DNA from: a virus
Lineage: Duplodnaviria > Caudoviricetes
DNA length: 43,978 bases
Direction: 5' to 3' (one strand)
IMG/VR virus record: IMGVR_UViG_3300027581_000011
Span: 1-43,978 of that record
Part shown: positions 1-7,466 of the stretch, in pieces
Position numbering within the stretch: position 1 is the stretch's first letter
Layout: each line of letters begins with the position of its first letter
The notes under the pieces: generated by a model
Told to the model about the DNA's origin: nothing
What the model saw: only the letters and a program-made list of their open reading frames with translations
Databases searched by the model: none
Made by a program: the position numbers and the translations under genes

Positions 1-58
1 GTGCTACGATACTGAGTGTGCTAATGATCTCTTTGTTTCTTTCGATAAATTTAATCAT
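1..58 (-). CDS. 5' end of a divergently transcribed gene (partial; N-terminus MIKFIERNKEIISTLSIVA, signal-peptide/membrane-anchor-like)
   Basis: On the - strand there is an ATG at 58, preceded by SD AAGGAGG (complement of cctcctt, 64-70). The frame is open to the window edge. A basic N-terminus is followed by a hydrophobic stretch. Function cannot be assigned from 19 aa. Confidence 0.7.
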   Translation of the reverse strand, partial: MIKFIERNKEIISTLSIVA

Positions 59-105
59 AGTTTCCTCCTTAGAAAACAATAACACCTTGGTAGGTGTTAC
101 TACCA

Positions 106-135
106 AGTATAACACAAAATTTTGTTAAAAGTCAA
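106..135 (-). promoter_or_regulatory. sigma70/SigA-type promoter TTGACT-N18-TATACT with extended TG
   Basis: The reverse complement reads TTGACT (135-130) and TGTTATACT (114-106), upstream of the - strand gene at 58. Confidence 0.65.
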
Positions 136-145
136 CTTTATAGGG

Positions 146-154
146 TGGTATAAT
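146..154 (+). promoter_or_regulatory. extended -10 promoter TGGTATAAT (leaderless start at 162)
   Basis: TATAAT at 149-154 lies 7 nt before ATG 162; there is no SD. Confidence 0.7.
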
Positions 155-161
155 AAATATT

Positions 162-710
162 ATGCCTGTATCATCATCTAATTATCCTACTATGAAGTAT
201 CCTATTGCTTCTGATCCCGTGAATGTACACGGAGACTTTAAAGTATTAGTTGATGCTTTAAATAATATTTTGCCACCATTAGGAATGACTGGTGTTTCTT
301 CTCCTGTAAGAAATAATACTAATTTAGCATTATCTGCTGGAACTCCCGTGTATATTTCAGGAAATGTTTCCCATAGCGGACAAATGAAAACAACTGTAGA
401 AAGATATAACCCATCAGCAAGTAATCATAACCCAGATTCACCAATACTTGGTTTAATACAAACAGGTATTTCTGCATTAAGTGATGGTGTCGCAGTTGTT
501 TCTGGAGTTTTGCAAATGAACACATCTGGACTTGGAGCACCTGGAACTAAAGTTTACATAAACTCTAGCGGAGAACTTGTTGGAGGAAGACCTATAACTG
601 GCCCAGCAAGATATGTTGCTGTTGTTGCAGTTCAAGGTACACAAGGTTTAATCGTTGTTCAGACAAAAGGCAACGGTACTTGGGGAGCACTCAAAGACGG
701 ATTGTCGTGA
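162..710 (+). CDS. putative virion structural / minor tail or decoration protein
   Basis: The N-terminal YP..SDP...DF..LVDAL motif resembles actinophage minor tail proteins. The C-terminal AGTPVYI...LGL...GVL...GTKVYI pattern resembles beta-clip 'cement'-type domains. Located in the fibre module. Confidence 0.5.
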   Translation: MPVSSSNYPTMKYPIASDPVNVHGDFKVLVDALNNILPPLGMTGVSSPVRNNTNLALSAGTPVYISGNVSHSGQMKTTVERYNPSASNHNPDSPILGLIQTGISALSDGVAVVSGVLQMNTSGLGAPGTKVYINSSGELVGGRPITGPARYVAVVAVQGTQGLIVVQTKGNGTWGALKDGLS

Positions 711-716
711 TATAAT
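708..716 (+). promoter_or_regulatory. extended -10 promoter TGATATAAT (leaderless start at 723)
   Basis: The TG is supplied by the upstream TGA stop; TATAAT 711-716 lies 6 nt before ATG 723. Confidence 0.65.
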
Positions 717-722
717 AACATT

Positions 723-1133
723 ATGGCAACTTTAAGAGGATCTCAAACATCATACGATATAGGTAATGCACCTCCTACAGTTCTTTGGACTGTTGTTCGT
801 GGAGATACTTCTGGCTTTAAGGTTTATGTAACAGATGATGCAAAAGAGCCTTTGATTTTAAAAGGTCCTGGATCTGAATGGGATATTGCTATGAAGATTA
901 AGAGACCTACTTCAACCCCTGGAATTATTACAGACAATGCAACACTGGTTTTAAATTTATATCCAGTTGCAGATGAAGATGACCTTGTTGGAGAGTTTAC
1001 GGTTTGGCTTACAGCAGCAGAGTCAGTACAACTTCAAACAGGAGACATCTTTGACATTCAAGTGTCAGACCCTACAAGAGTTTGGACGGTTGCTCAAGGT
1101 AGCCTAAAGATTCTTGAAGATGTAACAGACTAA
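723..1133 (+). CDS. putative baseplate/fibre adaptor (BppU N-terminal-like Ig fold)
   Basis: The WTVVRGDT..F.V ... YDIQ/FDIQV ... TVAQGSLKI..DVT pattern is typical of small phage adaptor proteins. Confidence 0.5.
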   Translation: MATLRGSQTSYDIGNAPPTVLWTVVRGDTSGFKVYVTDDAKEPLILKGPGSEWDIAMKIKRPTSTPGIITDNATLVLNLYPVADEDDLVGEFTVWLTAAESVQLQTGDIFDIQVSDPTRVWTVAQGSLKILEDVTD

Positions 1134-1357
1134 TGGCAACAGCAGTAATTTTAGATGAACTAAATAATAAAACAAAACGAATCTTTCCTATAGATTACTC
1201 TCTAATTCAGTTAGAAGGTTTTACAAGAGACACTGTAATAACTGATGTACTTCCTTTTAGGGTTAAGTTTTCAGCCATTCAAGTTGTGGCTATTGGTTTG
1301 GGAAACACACCAGGAATTCCTCTTCAAGTAATTGGATATAGCAACTACATTCTCTAA
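1133..1357 (+). CDS. hypothetical protein (74 aa)
   Basis: TAATG stop/start overlap with the upstream gene. Confidence 0.7.
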   Translation: MATAVILDELNNKTKRIFPIDYSLIQLEGFTRDTVITDVLPFRVKFSAIQVVAIGLGNTPGIPLQVIGYSNYIL

Positions 1358-1375
1358 TAATCTTATTAAAAGGGG

Positions 1376-1384
1376 TGTTATAAT
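1376..1384 (+). promoter_or_regulatory. extended -10 promoter TGTTATAAT (leaderless start at 1391)
   Basis: TATAAT 1379-1384 lies 6 nt before ATG 1391 and is preceded by AAAAGGGG. Confidence 0.7.
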
Positions 1385-1390
1385 TACCAC

Positions 1391-1837
1391 ATGGCTAAAG
1401 TATCAATCCCAGCAGTTAAGAGTCTGTTCCAAACTGGAGATAGACCAACTCAAGAAAACTATGAAGATTTAATCGATACCGCAACTGCTCAGTCAACAGA
1501 CTTAGGCACATACGGTAACAATGAAAACACAATCAATGGTATTGAGAACGTAACTGTTGTTGATAACTTTGACGCTACAGTTTGGCGAATGGTCAAGTAT
1601 ATTGTTTCAATATCAAAGACCTCTGCAGGGGACAACAAGTTCTATGCAACCGAACTAACAATTCTCGTTGACGGTACAAATGTATCAGTCAGCGAATACG
1701 GAACAATCGACAATGATGGGAATATTGGCACCATTAATGTCTCTCGCACTGGAAATACCGTGGCCTTAACAGTCACTCCAGATCCTGCGATCAAGCCAGT
1801 CACAGTTCGTTTTGCACGAATTGGACTTAAGGCATAA
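1391..1837 (+). CDS. virion structural protein (fibre-associated beta domain)
   Basis: N-terminal LFQTGDRPTQENYEDLID motif, as seen in phage tail proteins. The C-terminal domain (R..KY.V...E....D......EYG) is homologous to the C-terminus of the next gene. Confidence 0.6.
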   Translation: MAKVSIPAVKSLFQTGDRPTQENYEDLIDTATAQSTDLGTYGNNENTINGIENVTVVDNFDATVWRMVKYIVSISKTSAGDNKFYATELTILVDGTNVSVSEYGTIDNDGNIGTINVSRTGNTVALTVTPDPAIKPVTVRFARIGLKA

Positions 1838-1853
1838 CTAAGGAGATATAAAA

Positions 1854-3494
1854 ATGGCAACAGTAAATAAAGATTTTAAAATTAAGAGTGGCTTAATTGT
1901 TGAAGGTACAACAGCGACAGTTAACGGTTTTGACGTTCTTACAAAGAAGACAGCAGATCAAGACTACATTGTTAGTCTTATTGGCGGAACAGCCACATCT
2001 GCTAACGAAGCAAACAAGGTTGTAAAGCGTGATGCTAATGGTAACTTTGCTGCAGGAACAATAACAGCAGACGTAACTGGTCAAGTATCAGATATTTCAA
2101 ACCATGATACAGGAGATCTTGCAGAAGGTACAAACAAGTACTTTACTGATGCTCGTGCAGTTTCAGCAACTGCAGCATCATATGATGTACTTGGAGCAGC
2201 AGCAGATGCAGCAGCAGATGCAGCAGCAGACCTTACAACACACTCTAACCTAACAGTTGCACACGGTGCAACAGGTGCGGTAGTTGGAACAACAAACACA
2301 CAGACATTAACAAACAAGACTATTGGAGATACACTTAACTTCACTGGCGCAGGAGCAATGACAATCAATTCTGATTCTCATATCGTTCTTACTCCAGCAG
2401 CAGGTTCTTCAGTCAAGTGGGGTGCAGATGTTCTTGCAACACAGGCTTATGCAGACCTAGCACAATCAGACGCAGAAGCAACAGCCTCAGCAGATGCAAC
2501 TACAAAGGCTAACAATGCATTAACTGCAGCAAACCTCTATACAGATGGAGCAGTTTCAGCACTTGTTGATTCAGCGCCAGAACTTCTAGACACTCTTAAT
2601 GAGTTGGCTCTAGCACTTGGTGATTCACCAGACACAATCACAAACCTTACAACTCTTGTTGGAACAAAGGCTGACACATCATACGTTAACTCAGAAATTT
2701 CTGATCTTGACACAGCAGCACAGGGTTATGCTAATACAGCAGAATCTGATGCAATCGCAGCAGCAGCACTTGATGCAACTGATAAGGTAGCAGCAGAGGC
2801 AGCACTTAGAGTATCAGCAGTTACAGCAGCAATTGCAACTGCAGCAGCAGATGCAACAACTAAGGCCGACGCAGCACAAGCAGCAGCACAAGCAGCAGCA
2901 GATGCTCTTACAACATCTGATGTAGCAGAAGGAACAGCACAGTACTTTACAGATGCTCGTGCTAAGTCTTCAGCAGCAGACCTTTTGGTTGGTGCAACAA
3001 AGACTAACATTACAATCACAGGTACAGGTGCAGGACTTACTATCACCGCAGAAAACGGTGTAGCAGATTCTACAACATCTGATCTAGCAGAAGGTTCAAA
3101 CCTTTACTTTACAAATGAAAGAGCAGTAGATGCTCTTGAAGCAGTTGTTCCAAACTTCACATCAGTTGAATTGAATTCAGTTGCTAAGCAAGTTGCAGCA
3201 ACTCTTTCAGCACCAACTGCAGGAATTCAGACAGCCCACGCTTTCTTTAAGGCTGACTACCGTTCAGCAGAATACCTTGTAAAGGTTGCCTACGGAACAC
3301 ACACTGAAATTTCAAAGGTTCTTTTGACCCTTGACTCTTCAGATAATATTGCAATTACTGAATACGGAATTGTTGGAACCAATGGTTCAGCATCAACAAT
3401 TTCAGCAGGTATCTCAGGAGCAAATGTACAACTTCAAGTTACAACCACTAACAATAACTCAACAGTTACTGTAATGGGAACACTTCTTAAGTAA
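1854..3494 (+). CDS. tail fibre protein (546 aa)
   Basis: SD AAGGAG. Contains VVKRDANGNFAAG, three DLAEG.N/QYFT..RA repeats, the SAPELLDTLNELALALGD fibre motif, Ala-rich helical stretches and a C-terminal YRSAEYLV domain. Confidence 0.75.
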   Translation: MATVNKDFKIKSGLIVEGTTATVNGFDVLTKKTADQDYIVSLIGGTATSANEANKVVKRDANGNFAAGTITADVTGQVSDISNHDTGDLAEGTNKYFTDARAVSATAASYDVLGAAADAAADAAADLTTHSNLTVAHGATGAVVGTTNTQTLTNKTIGDTLNFTGAGAMTINSDSHIVLTPAAGSSVKWGADVLATQAYADLAQSDAEATASADATTKANNALTAANLYTDGAVSALVDSAPELLDTLNELALALGDSPDTITNLTTLVGTKADTSYVNSEISDLDTAAQGYANTAESDAIAAAALDATDKVAAEAALRVSAVTAAIATAAADATTKADAAQAAAQAAADALTTSDVAEGTAQYFTDARAKSSAADLLVGATKTNITITGTGAGLTITAENGVADSTTSDLAEGSNLYFTNERAVDALEAVVPNFTSVELNSVAKQVAATLSAPTAGIQTAHAFFKADYRSAEYLVKVAYGTHTEISKVLLTLDSSDNIAITEYGIVGTNGSASTISAGISGANVQLQVTTTNNNSTVTVMGTLLK

Positions 3495-3529
3495 TAAAAA
3501 ATAAAAATAGTTGGAAGAGGGAGTAGTAA

Positions 3530-3982
3530 ATGGCAACAGTCGATAAAGACTTCAAAGTCAAGAATGGATTAGCCGTAGCAAACGGCGGTACATTCGGAGG
3601 AGCAGTAACAGTAGGAACCCCTACAGCATCAACTCACGCAGCAACCAAGGCGTATGTAGATTCTCTAACAGGGATGACTGTATCATCAACTGCTCCTTCT
3701 TCACCAACTAATGGTAAGCAGTGGCTAGACACCACAACAAACAGAGTTAATTTCTATTACGATGGAGTTTGGTATACCCAAGCAACTATTGATGATACAA
3801 ATAATTTACCACAGCACATTCACGATACCGCAATTGATGGAACTGGTTTCATAGTATCCCAGTTTTATGAAGGCGGATCATTTAATAGCCCATTGGGTGT
3901 AGGTTTGGATGCTGGAGGACCAAGTACAACAACTTGGACTGTAGTGTTCGATGGCGGTAGTGTAGTAGATAACTTCAATTAA
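3530..3982 (+). CDS. short fibre/structural protein
   Basis: Shares the N-terminal MATV.KDFK.K.GL with the 1854 gene; has HAATKAYVD and SSTAPSSPTNGKQWLDT fibre motifs. Confidence 0.65.
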   Translation: MATVDKDFKVKNGLAVANGGTFGGAVTVGTPTASTHAATKAYVDSLTGMTVSSTAPSSPTNGKQWLDTTTNRVNFYYDGVWYTQATIDDTNNLPQHIHDTAIDGTGFIVSQFYEGGSFNSPLGVGLDAGGPSTTTWTVVFDGGSVVDNFN

Positions 3983-3990
3983 AAAATTGA

Positions 3991-3999
3991 TGTTATAAT
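3991..3999 (+). promoter_or_regulatory. extended -10 promoter TGTTATAAT (leadered, upstream of 4042)
   Basis: Exact motif in an intergenic region after an A-tract; SD AAGGAG precedes ATG 4042. Confidence 0.65.
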
Positions 4000-4041
4000 A
4001 AAGATAAGTAATTGGGCAGCCCCCATAAGGAGAAATAAAAT

Positions 4042-5724
4042 ATGGCAACAAGAATGCAACAGCGCAGAGGTACTGCAGCCCAATGGACGGCTGCCAACCC
4101 AATTCTCGCAGCAGGTGAAATCGGTTTTGAAACCGACACAAGTAAATTTAAGATGGGTAACGGATCCTCTACATGGTCAGCATTGACATATTTTGCAAAT
4201 GCAGCCGAACTAGCAGCAGTTATCGACGGCGCACCAGATCTGCTAAATACTCTCAATGAGTTAGCAGCAGCAATGGGAGATGACCCAGCATTTATCACAA
4301 ACCATACAACTGCAACAACAAATGTTCACGGTATTGCAAATACTGCACTACTATCAACAACAGCAGGAGTAAACTCAGCAATTGCTATTTCGGCAGAATC
4401 ATCATCACAAGACGCAACTACAAAAGCAAATGCAGCATTAACAAATGCCCTTGATGCAGTTACAACACACACCGCACTTCAAACAGGTGTTCATGGCATT
4501 GCAGACACAGCAGCACTTGCAACAAAGGCGTATGCAGACAATGCAGTAACAGTACACGACACAGACGAAACAAATGTTCATGGAATTGCAAATACTGCAC
4601 TTCTAGCACTTAAATCAGAAATTGAAGCACACAACACAGACGAAACAGGTGTTCATGGAATTGCAGATACTGCACTTCTAGCACTTAAATCAGATGTTGA
4701 AACAGCAAAATCTGATGTACTCACTTCAATTTCAACAGCAGTATCATCAATTACACAATCTTCCATAGGACTTGCTAACGTTGATAATACATCAGATGCA
4801 AATAAGCCAGTATCAACTGCAACAGGAACAGCAATTGCAACAGCAGTTTCTGATCACAATGCAGATACTAGCAATGTTCACGGTATTGCAGATACATCAG
4901 TTCTTGCAACACTAACAGATGTTACAAATGCTGTTAATGGTGCAGAGGTAGATCAGGCATCACTTGCTGGTGTAGGTATTGATTACAATGCAGTATCTGA
5001 AGCATTCGATCTTGACAACACATACATTACAACTGCTACACAAACAGCACTTGACCTAAAGGCTCCACTTGCTTCACCTACATTTACAGGAACAGTTTCT
5101 GGTATCACATCAACAATGGTTGGTCTTGGAAACGTAAATAATACAGCAGATGAATCAAAGCCAGTATCTACAGCACAGGCTTCAGCAATCGCAACTGCTA
5201 AGTCAGAAGCAATTGCAGAAGTTAATGCACTTCTAGTTGGTGCTCCAGCAGCCCTCAACACACTTGATGAACTTGCTGCAGCACTTGGTGATGACGCAAA
5301 CTTTGCATCAACAGTTACAACTAATTTAGCAGCAAAAGCACCTCTTGCTTCACCAACATTTACTGGTACAGTAACAGTTGCAGCAGCAGGAGTAGCATTT
5401 ACAGACGGTACACAAACAAAGGCTGGCGTACCTTCAATTACTAACATCCCAACTGCAATAGCAGCAGGAGCACACGCACTTGCAGCAGCACGGGCAGATC
5501 AGTTTATCCCATTAACTGGAGCAGTAGTTATTACTCTTCCTGCAACAGGATATTCAACTGGTCAGTCAATTGATTTCTACCAAGAGTCAGGAACTGGAGC
5601 ATCATTTGCTTCAACTAACTCAGTAGTGGGAACACCAGGACTTAAGTTTAGAACAACCAACTCAGTAGCAACAGCAATGAAGACTGCAGCAGGATGGTTG
5701 GTCTTCGGCGACTTATCAGCATAA
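4042..5724 (+). CDS. tail fibre protein with Mtd_N (major tropism determinant N-terminal)-like domain
   Basis: The N-terminus QRRGTAAQWTAANPILAAGEIGFETDT.KFK.G.G...W..L.Y matches the Mtd_N pattern. Also contains 5x VHGIA[ND]T, 2x GL.NV.NT.D..KPVSTA, 2x KAPLASPTFTGTV and 2x GAP..LNTL.ELAAA.GDD. Confidence 0.8.
   Translation: MATRMQQRRGTAAQWTAANPILAAGEIGFETDTSKFKMGNGSSTWSALTYFANAAELAAVIDGAPDLLNTLNELAAAMGDDPAFITNHTTATTNVHGIANTALLSTTAGVNSAIAISAESSSQDATTKANAALTNALDAVTTHTALQTGVHGIADTAALATKAYADNAVTVHDTDETNVHGIANTALLALKSEIEAHNTDETGVHGIADTALLALKSDVETAKSDVLTSISTAVSSITQSSIGLANVDNTSDANKPVSTATGTAIATAVSDHNADTSNVHGIADTSVLATLTDVTNAVNGAEVDQASLAGVGIDYNAVSEAFDLDNTYITTATQTALDLKAPLASPTFTGTVSGITSTMVGLGNVNNTADESKPVSTAQASAIATAKSEAIAEVNALLVGAPAALNTLDELAAALGDDANFASTVTTNLAAKAPLASPTFTGTVTVAAAGVAFTDGTQTKAGVPSITNIPTAIAAGAHALAAARADQFIPLTGAVVITLPATGYSTGQSIDFYQESGTGASFASTNSVVGTPGLKFRTTNSVATAMKTAAGWLVFGDLSA
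4555..4694 (+). repeat. near-perfect 75-bp tandem duplication within the fibre gene
   Basis: cac[g/a]acacagacgaaaca..tgttcatggaattgca[a/g]atactgcacttctagcacttaaatcaga occurs at 4555 and 4630. Confidence 0.85.
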
Positions 5725-5758
5725 TAAAAAAAAATTAAAGAAATAGGGGAGATTAAAT

Positions 5759-7414
5759 ATGTCAAAGCAAGCAGGTAGAATGAGTCAGTCGGCAAACGAC
5801 TTTCTGGCTCCACTAGCACCAACAATTGGTACAGCAACAAATGTTGGAACTGGAAGGGCTTACAACAATGGTGCAGTTACAGTAACTTTTACTGCTAATA
5901 CAGATGGCGCACCAGCAACATCTTTTACAGCATCAGGATACTGCTCTGTACATGGTGTGACACACTCTGCAACTGGTTCATCTTCTCCAATAACAATCCA
6001 AGGCTTTGGCTCTGGAGTAGTCACAAATATAACAGTAACTGGAACAAACTCAGTAGGACAAGGCCCAGCATCTGCTGCATCTAACTCTGTAACAGTTACA
6101 ACTGTTCCTCAAGCACCAAGTGGTCTAAGTGCTACAGACACTGGAACAGGAAGACCATTTAATAATGGTGAAGCACGAATAAGTTTTACTACTCCAGCAA
6201 CTGGTGGATCAGATATTACTGGATATGGAATTCAATCAAATGATGGAGGTTATGCTACTTCTGGAAATTCAAATCCACTAAGTGCAGCAGGAATTGCATC
6301 AGGAACAACTTATTCTTTTAGAATTAACGCAACGAATGCAAATGGAACTTCTGATTATTCTGCTTTGTCTAATTCAGTAACATTGACAACAGTGCCCGCA
6401 ACACCTTCAGCACCAAGCGCATCATCTCCTTCAGCAGGAACAGATAGCGTATCTTGGTCAGCACCATCAAATGGTGGATCAGGAATTACATCTTACACTT
6501 GGGCATCTTCTGATGGAAAGTCTGGCAATGTTGGAACAGCAACATCAGCAAGCGTTGGACAAGAACAAGGAACAGAACAGACATACACTGTTTATGCAAC
6601 AAATGCTAATGGTAATTCTGCAACATCAGGTGCATCAGGATCTGTTACAACTGTATTTGCTGCATTCGGTGCATTTGGTGCCTTCGGTGCCTTCTCTGCC
6701 TTTGGTGCGTTCGGTGCGTTCTCTGCCTTCGGTGCCTTCGGTGCATTCGGTGCGTTCTCTGCATTCGGTGCCTTCGGTGCATTCGGTGCGTTCTCTGCAT
6801 TCGGTGCATTTGGTGCCTTCGGTGCCTTCGGTGCATTTGGTGCATTCGGCGCATTCGGTGCCTTCGGTGCATTTGCTGCTTACGGTGGAGGATCTCGCTG
6901 GTACTCAGTTGGTCCAAACACTTTGATCTTAACAACAAACGGATATGTTCAAGCATCAGATCTTGAAGTAGGAGACACTCTTGTTTCAGCAGATGTTCCT
7001 GGATTAGGAATGTCATTTACAAAAGAAGAGATGGTAGCCTGGACAAATAATCCAGACAGTCTTGCAATTGTTCCAAACCAAACAACAACAGTTACGGCAG
7101 TTGGAGTATCAAATGCTTCAGTTGTTGTAATGATAGGAAATGAAACATACTCAGGAACTCACCATTTACTTGCAAAAAGAGATGGTCTTGCACAGATGAT
7201 TTTGTCTGCAAACCTTTTGACTACAGACAAGTTATGGTCTACACAGACAAATTCTTGGACTGATATAGTTGACCTAGTCATAACAGTCATGGATCATCAA
7301 GTTATTTCTGTTAACTGTGAACCTCTAGATATATTCTTTACAGAAAACTATCTAGTCTATGATGGATATCCTATAGATTCCCCATTGCCCGAACCAGAAC
7401 CTGCACCAGAATAA
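5759..7414 (+). CDS. Fn3 x3 - (AFG)n repeat - Hint domain protein
   Basis: Three fibronectin type III-like repeats (VP.AP...A....S.S[FW]..P..GGS.IT.Y...Y...ATNANG.S), then 24 AF[G/S/A] units. The C-terminal Hint-like region has SVGPNTLILTTNG..ASDLEVGD, SGTHHL and VNCEPLDIFFTENYLVYD. Confidence 0.8.
   Translation: MSKQAGRMSQSANDFLAPLAPTIGTATNVGTGRAYNNGAVTVTFTANTDGAPATSFTASGYCSVHGVTHSATGSSSPITIQGFGSGVVTNITVTGTNSVGQGPASAASNSVTVTTVPQAPSGLSATDTGTGRPFNNGEARISFTTPATGGSDITGYGIQSNDGGYATSGNSNPLSAAGIASGTTYSFRINATNANGTSDYSALSNSVTLTTVPATPSAPSASSPSAGTDSVSWSAPSNGGSGITSYTWASSDGKSGNVGTATSASVGQEQGTEQTYTVYATNANGNSATSGASGSVTTVFAAFGAFGAFGAFSAFGAFGAFSAFGAFGAFGAFSAFGAFGAFGAFSAFGAFGAFGAFGAFGAFGAFGAFGAFAAYGGGSRWYSVGPNTLILTTNGYVQASDLEVGDTLVSADVPGLGMSFTKEEMVAWTNNPDSLAIVPNQTTTVTAVGVSNASVVVMIGNETYSGTHHLLAKRDGLAQMILSANLLTTDKLWSTQTNSWTDIVDLVITVMDHQVISVNCEPLDIFFTENYLVYDGYPIDSPLPEPEPAPE
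6653..6886 (+). repeat. 9-bp coding tandem repeat GCNTTYGGT (24 core units at 6662-6877 plus degenerate VFA and AYG flanks)
   Basis: Read directly: 19 AFG, 4 AFS and 1 AFA unit, with synonymous variation GCA/GCC/GCG and TTC/TTT. Confidence 0.97.
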
Positions 7415-7444
7415 TATTTTAACATAATGCTAAAGCATTTGTTG

Positions 7445-7453
7445 TGATATAAT
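7445..7453 (+). promoter_or_regulatory. extended -10 promoter TGATATAAT
   Basis: Exact motif 13 nt before ATG 7467. Confidence 0.6.
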
Positions 7454-7466
7454 TATAGGTAATAGA

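Noticed and set aside
4042-5724. Mtd_N domain as a sign of a diversity-generating retroelement
   Set aside because: Mtd_N is only an anchoring domain. I see no C-type-lectin-like variable region, no TR/VR pair and no RT in this window.
6653-6886. Repeat array as CRISPR or as a DGR template/variable repeat
   Set aside because: Units are contiguous 9-mers with no spacers, variation is not adenine-specific, and no reverse transcriptase or cas gene is in the window.
6471-7016. Alternative-frame ORFs over the repeat (6471-6926 +, VPS/VHS repeats; 6645-7016 -, His/Arg/Met repeats)
   Set aside because: These are shadows of the stop-free 9-bp repeat. Variation is synonymous only in the AFG frame, and neither has an SD or promoter.
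6905-7363. Canonical splicing intein or homing endonuclease
   Set aside because: It lacks the terminal His-Asn and a +1 Cys/Ser/Thr, has no LAGLIDADG motifs, and sits at the C-terminus of a structural protein.
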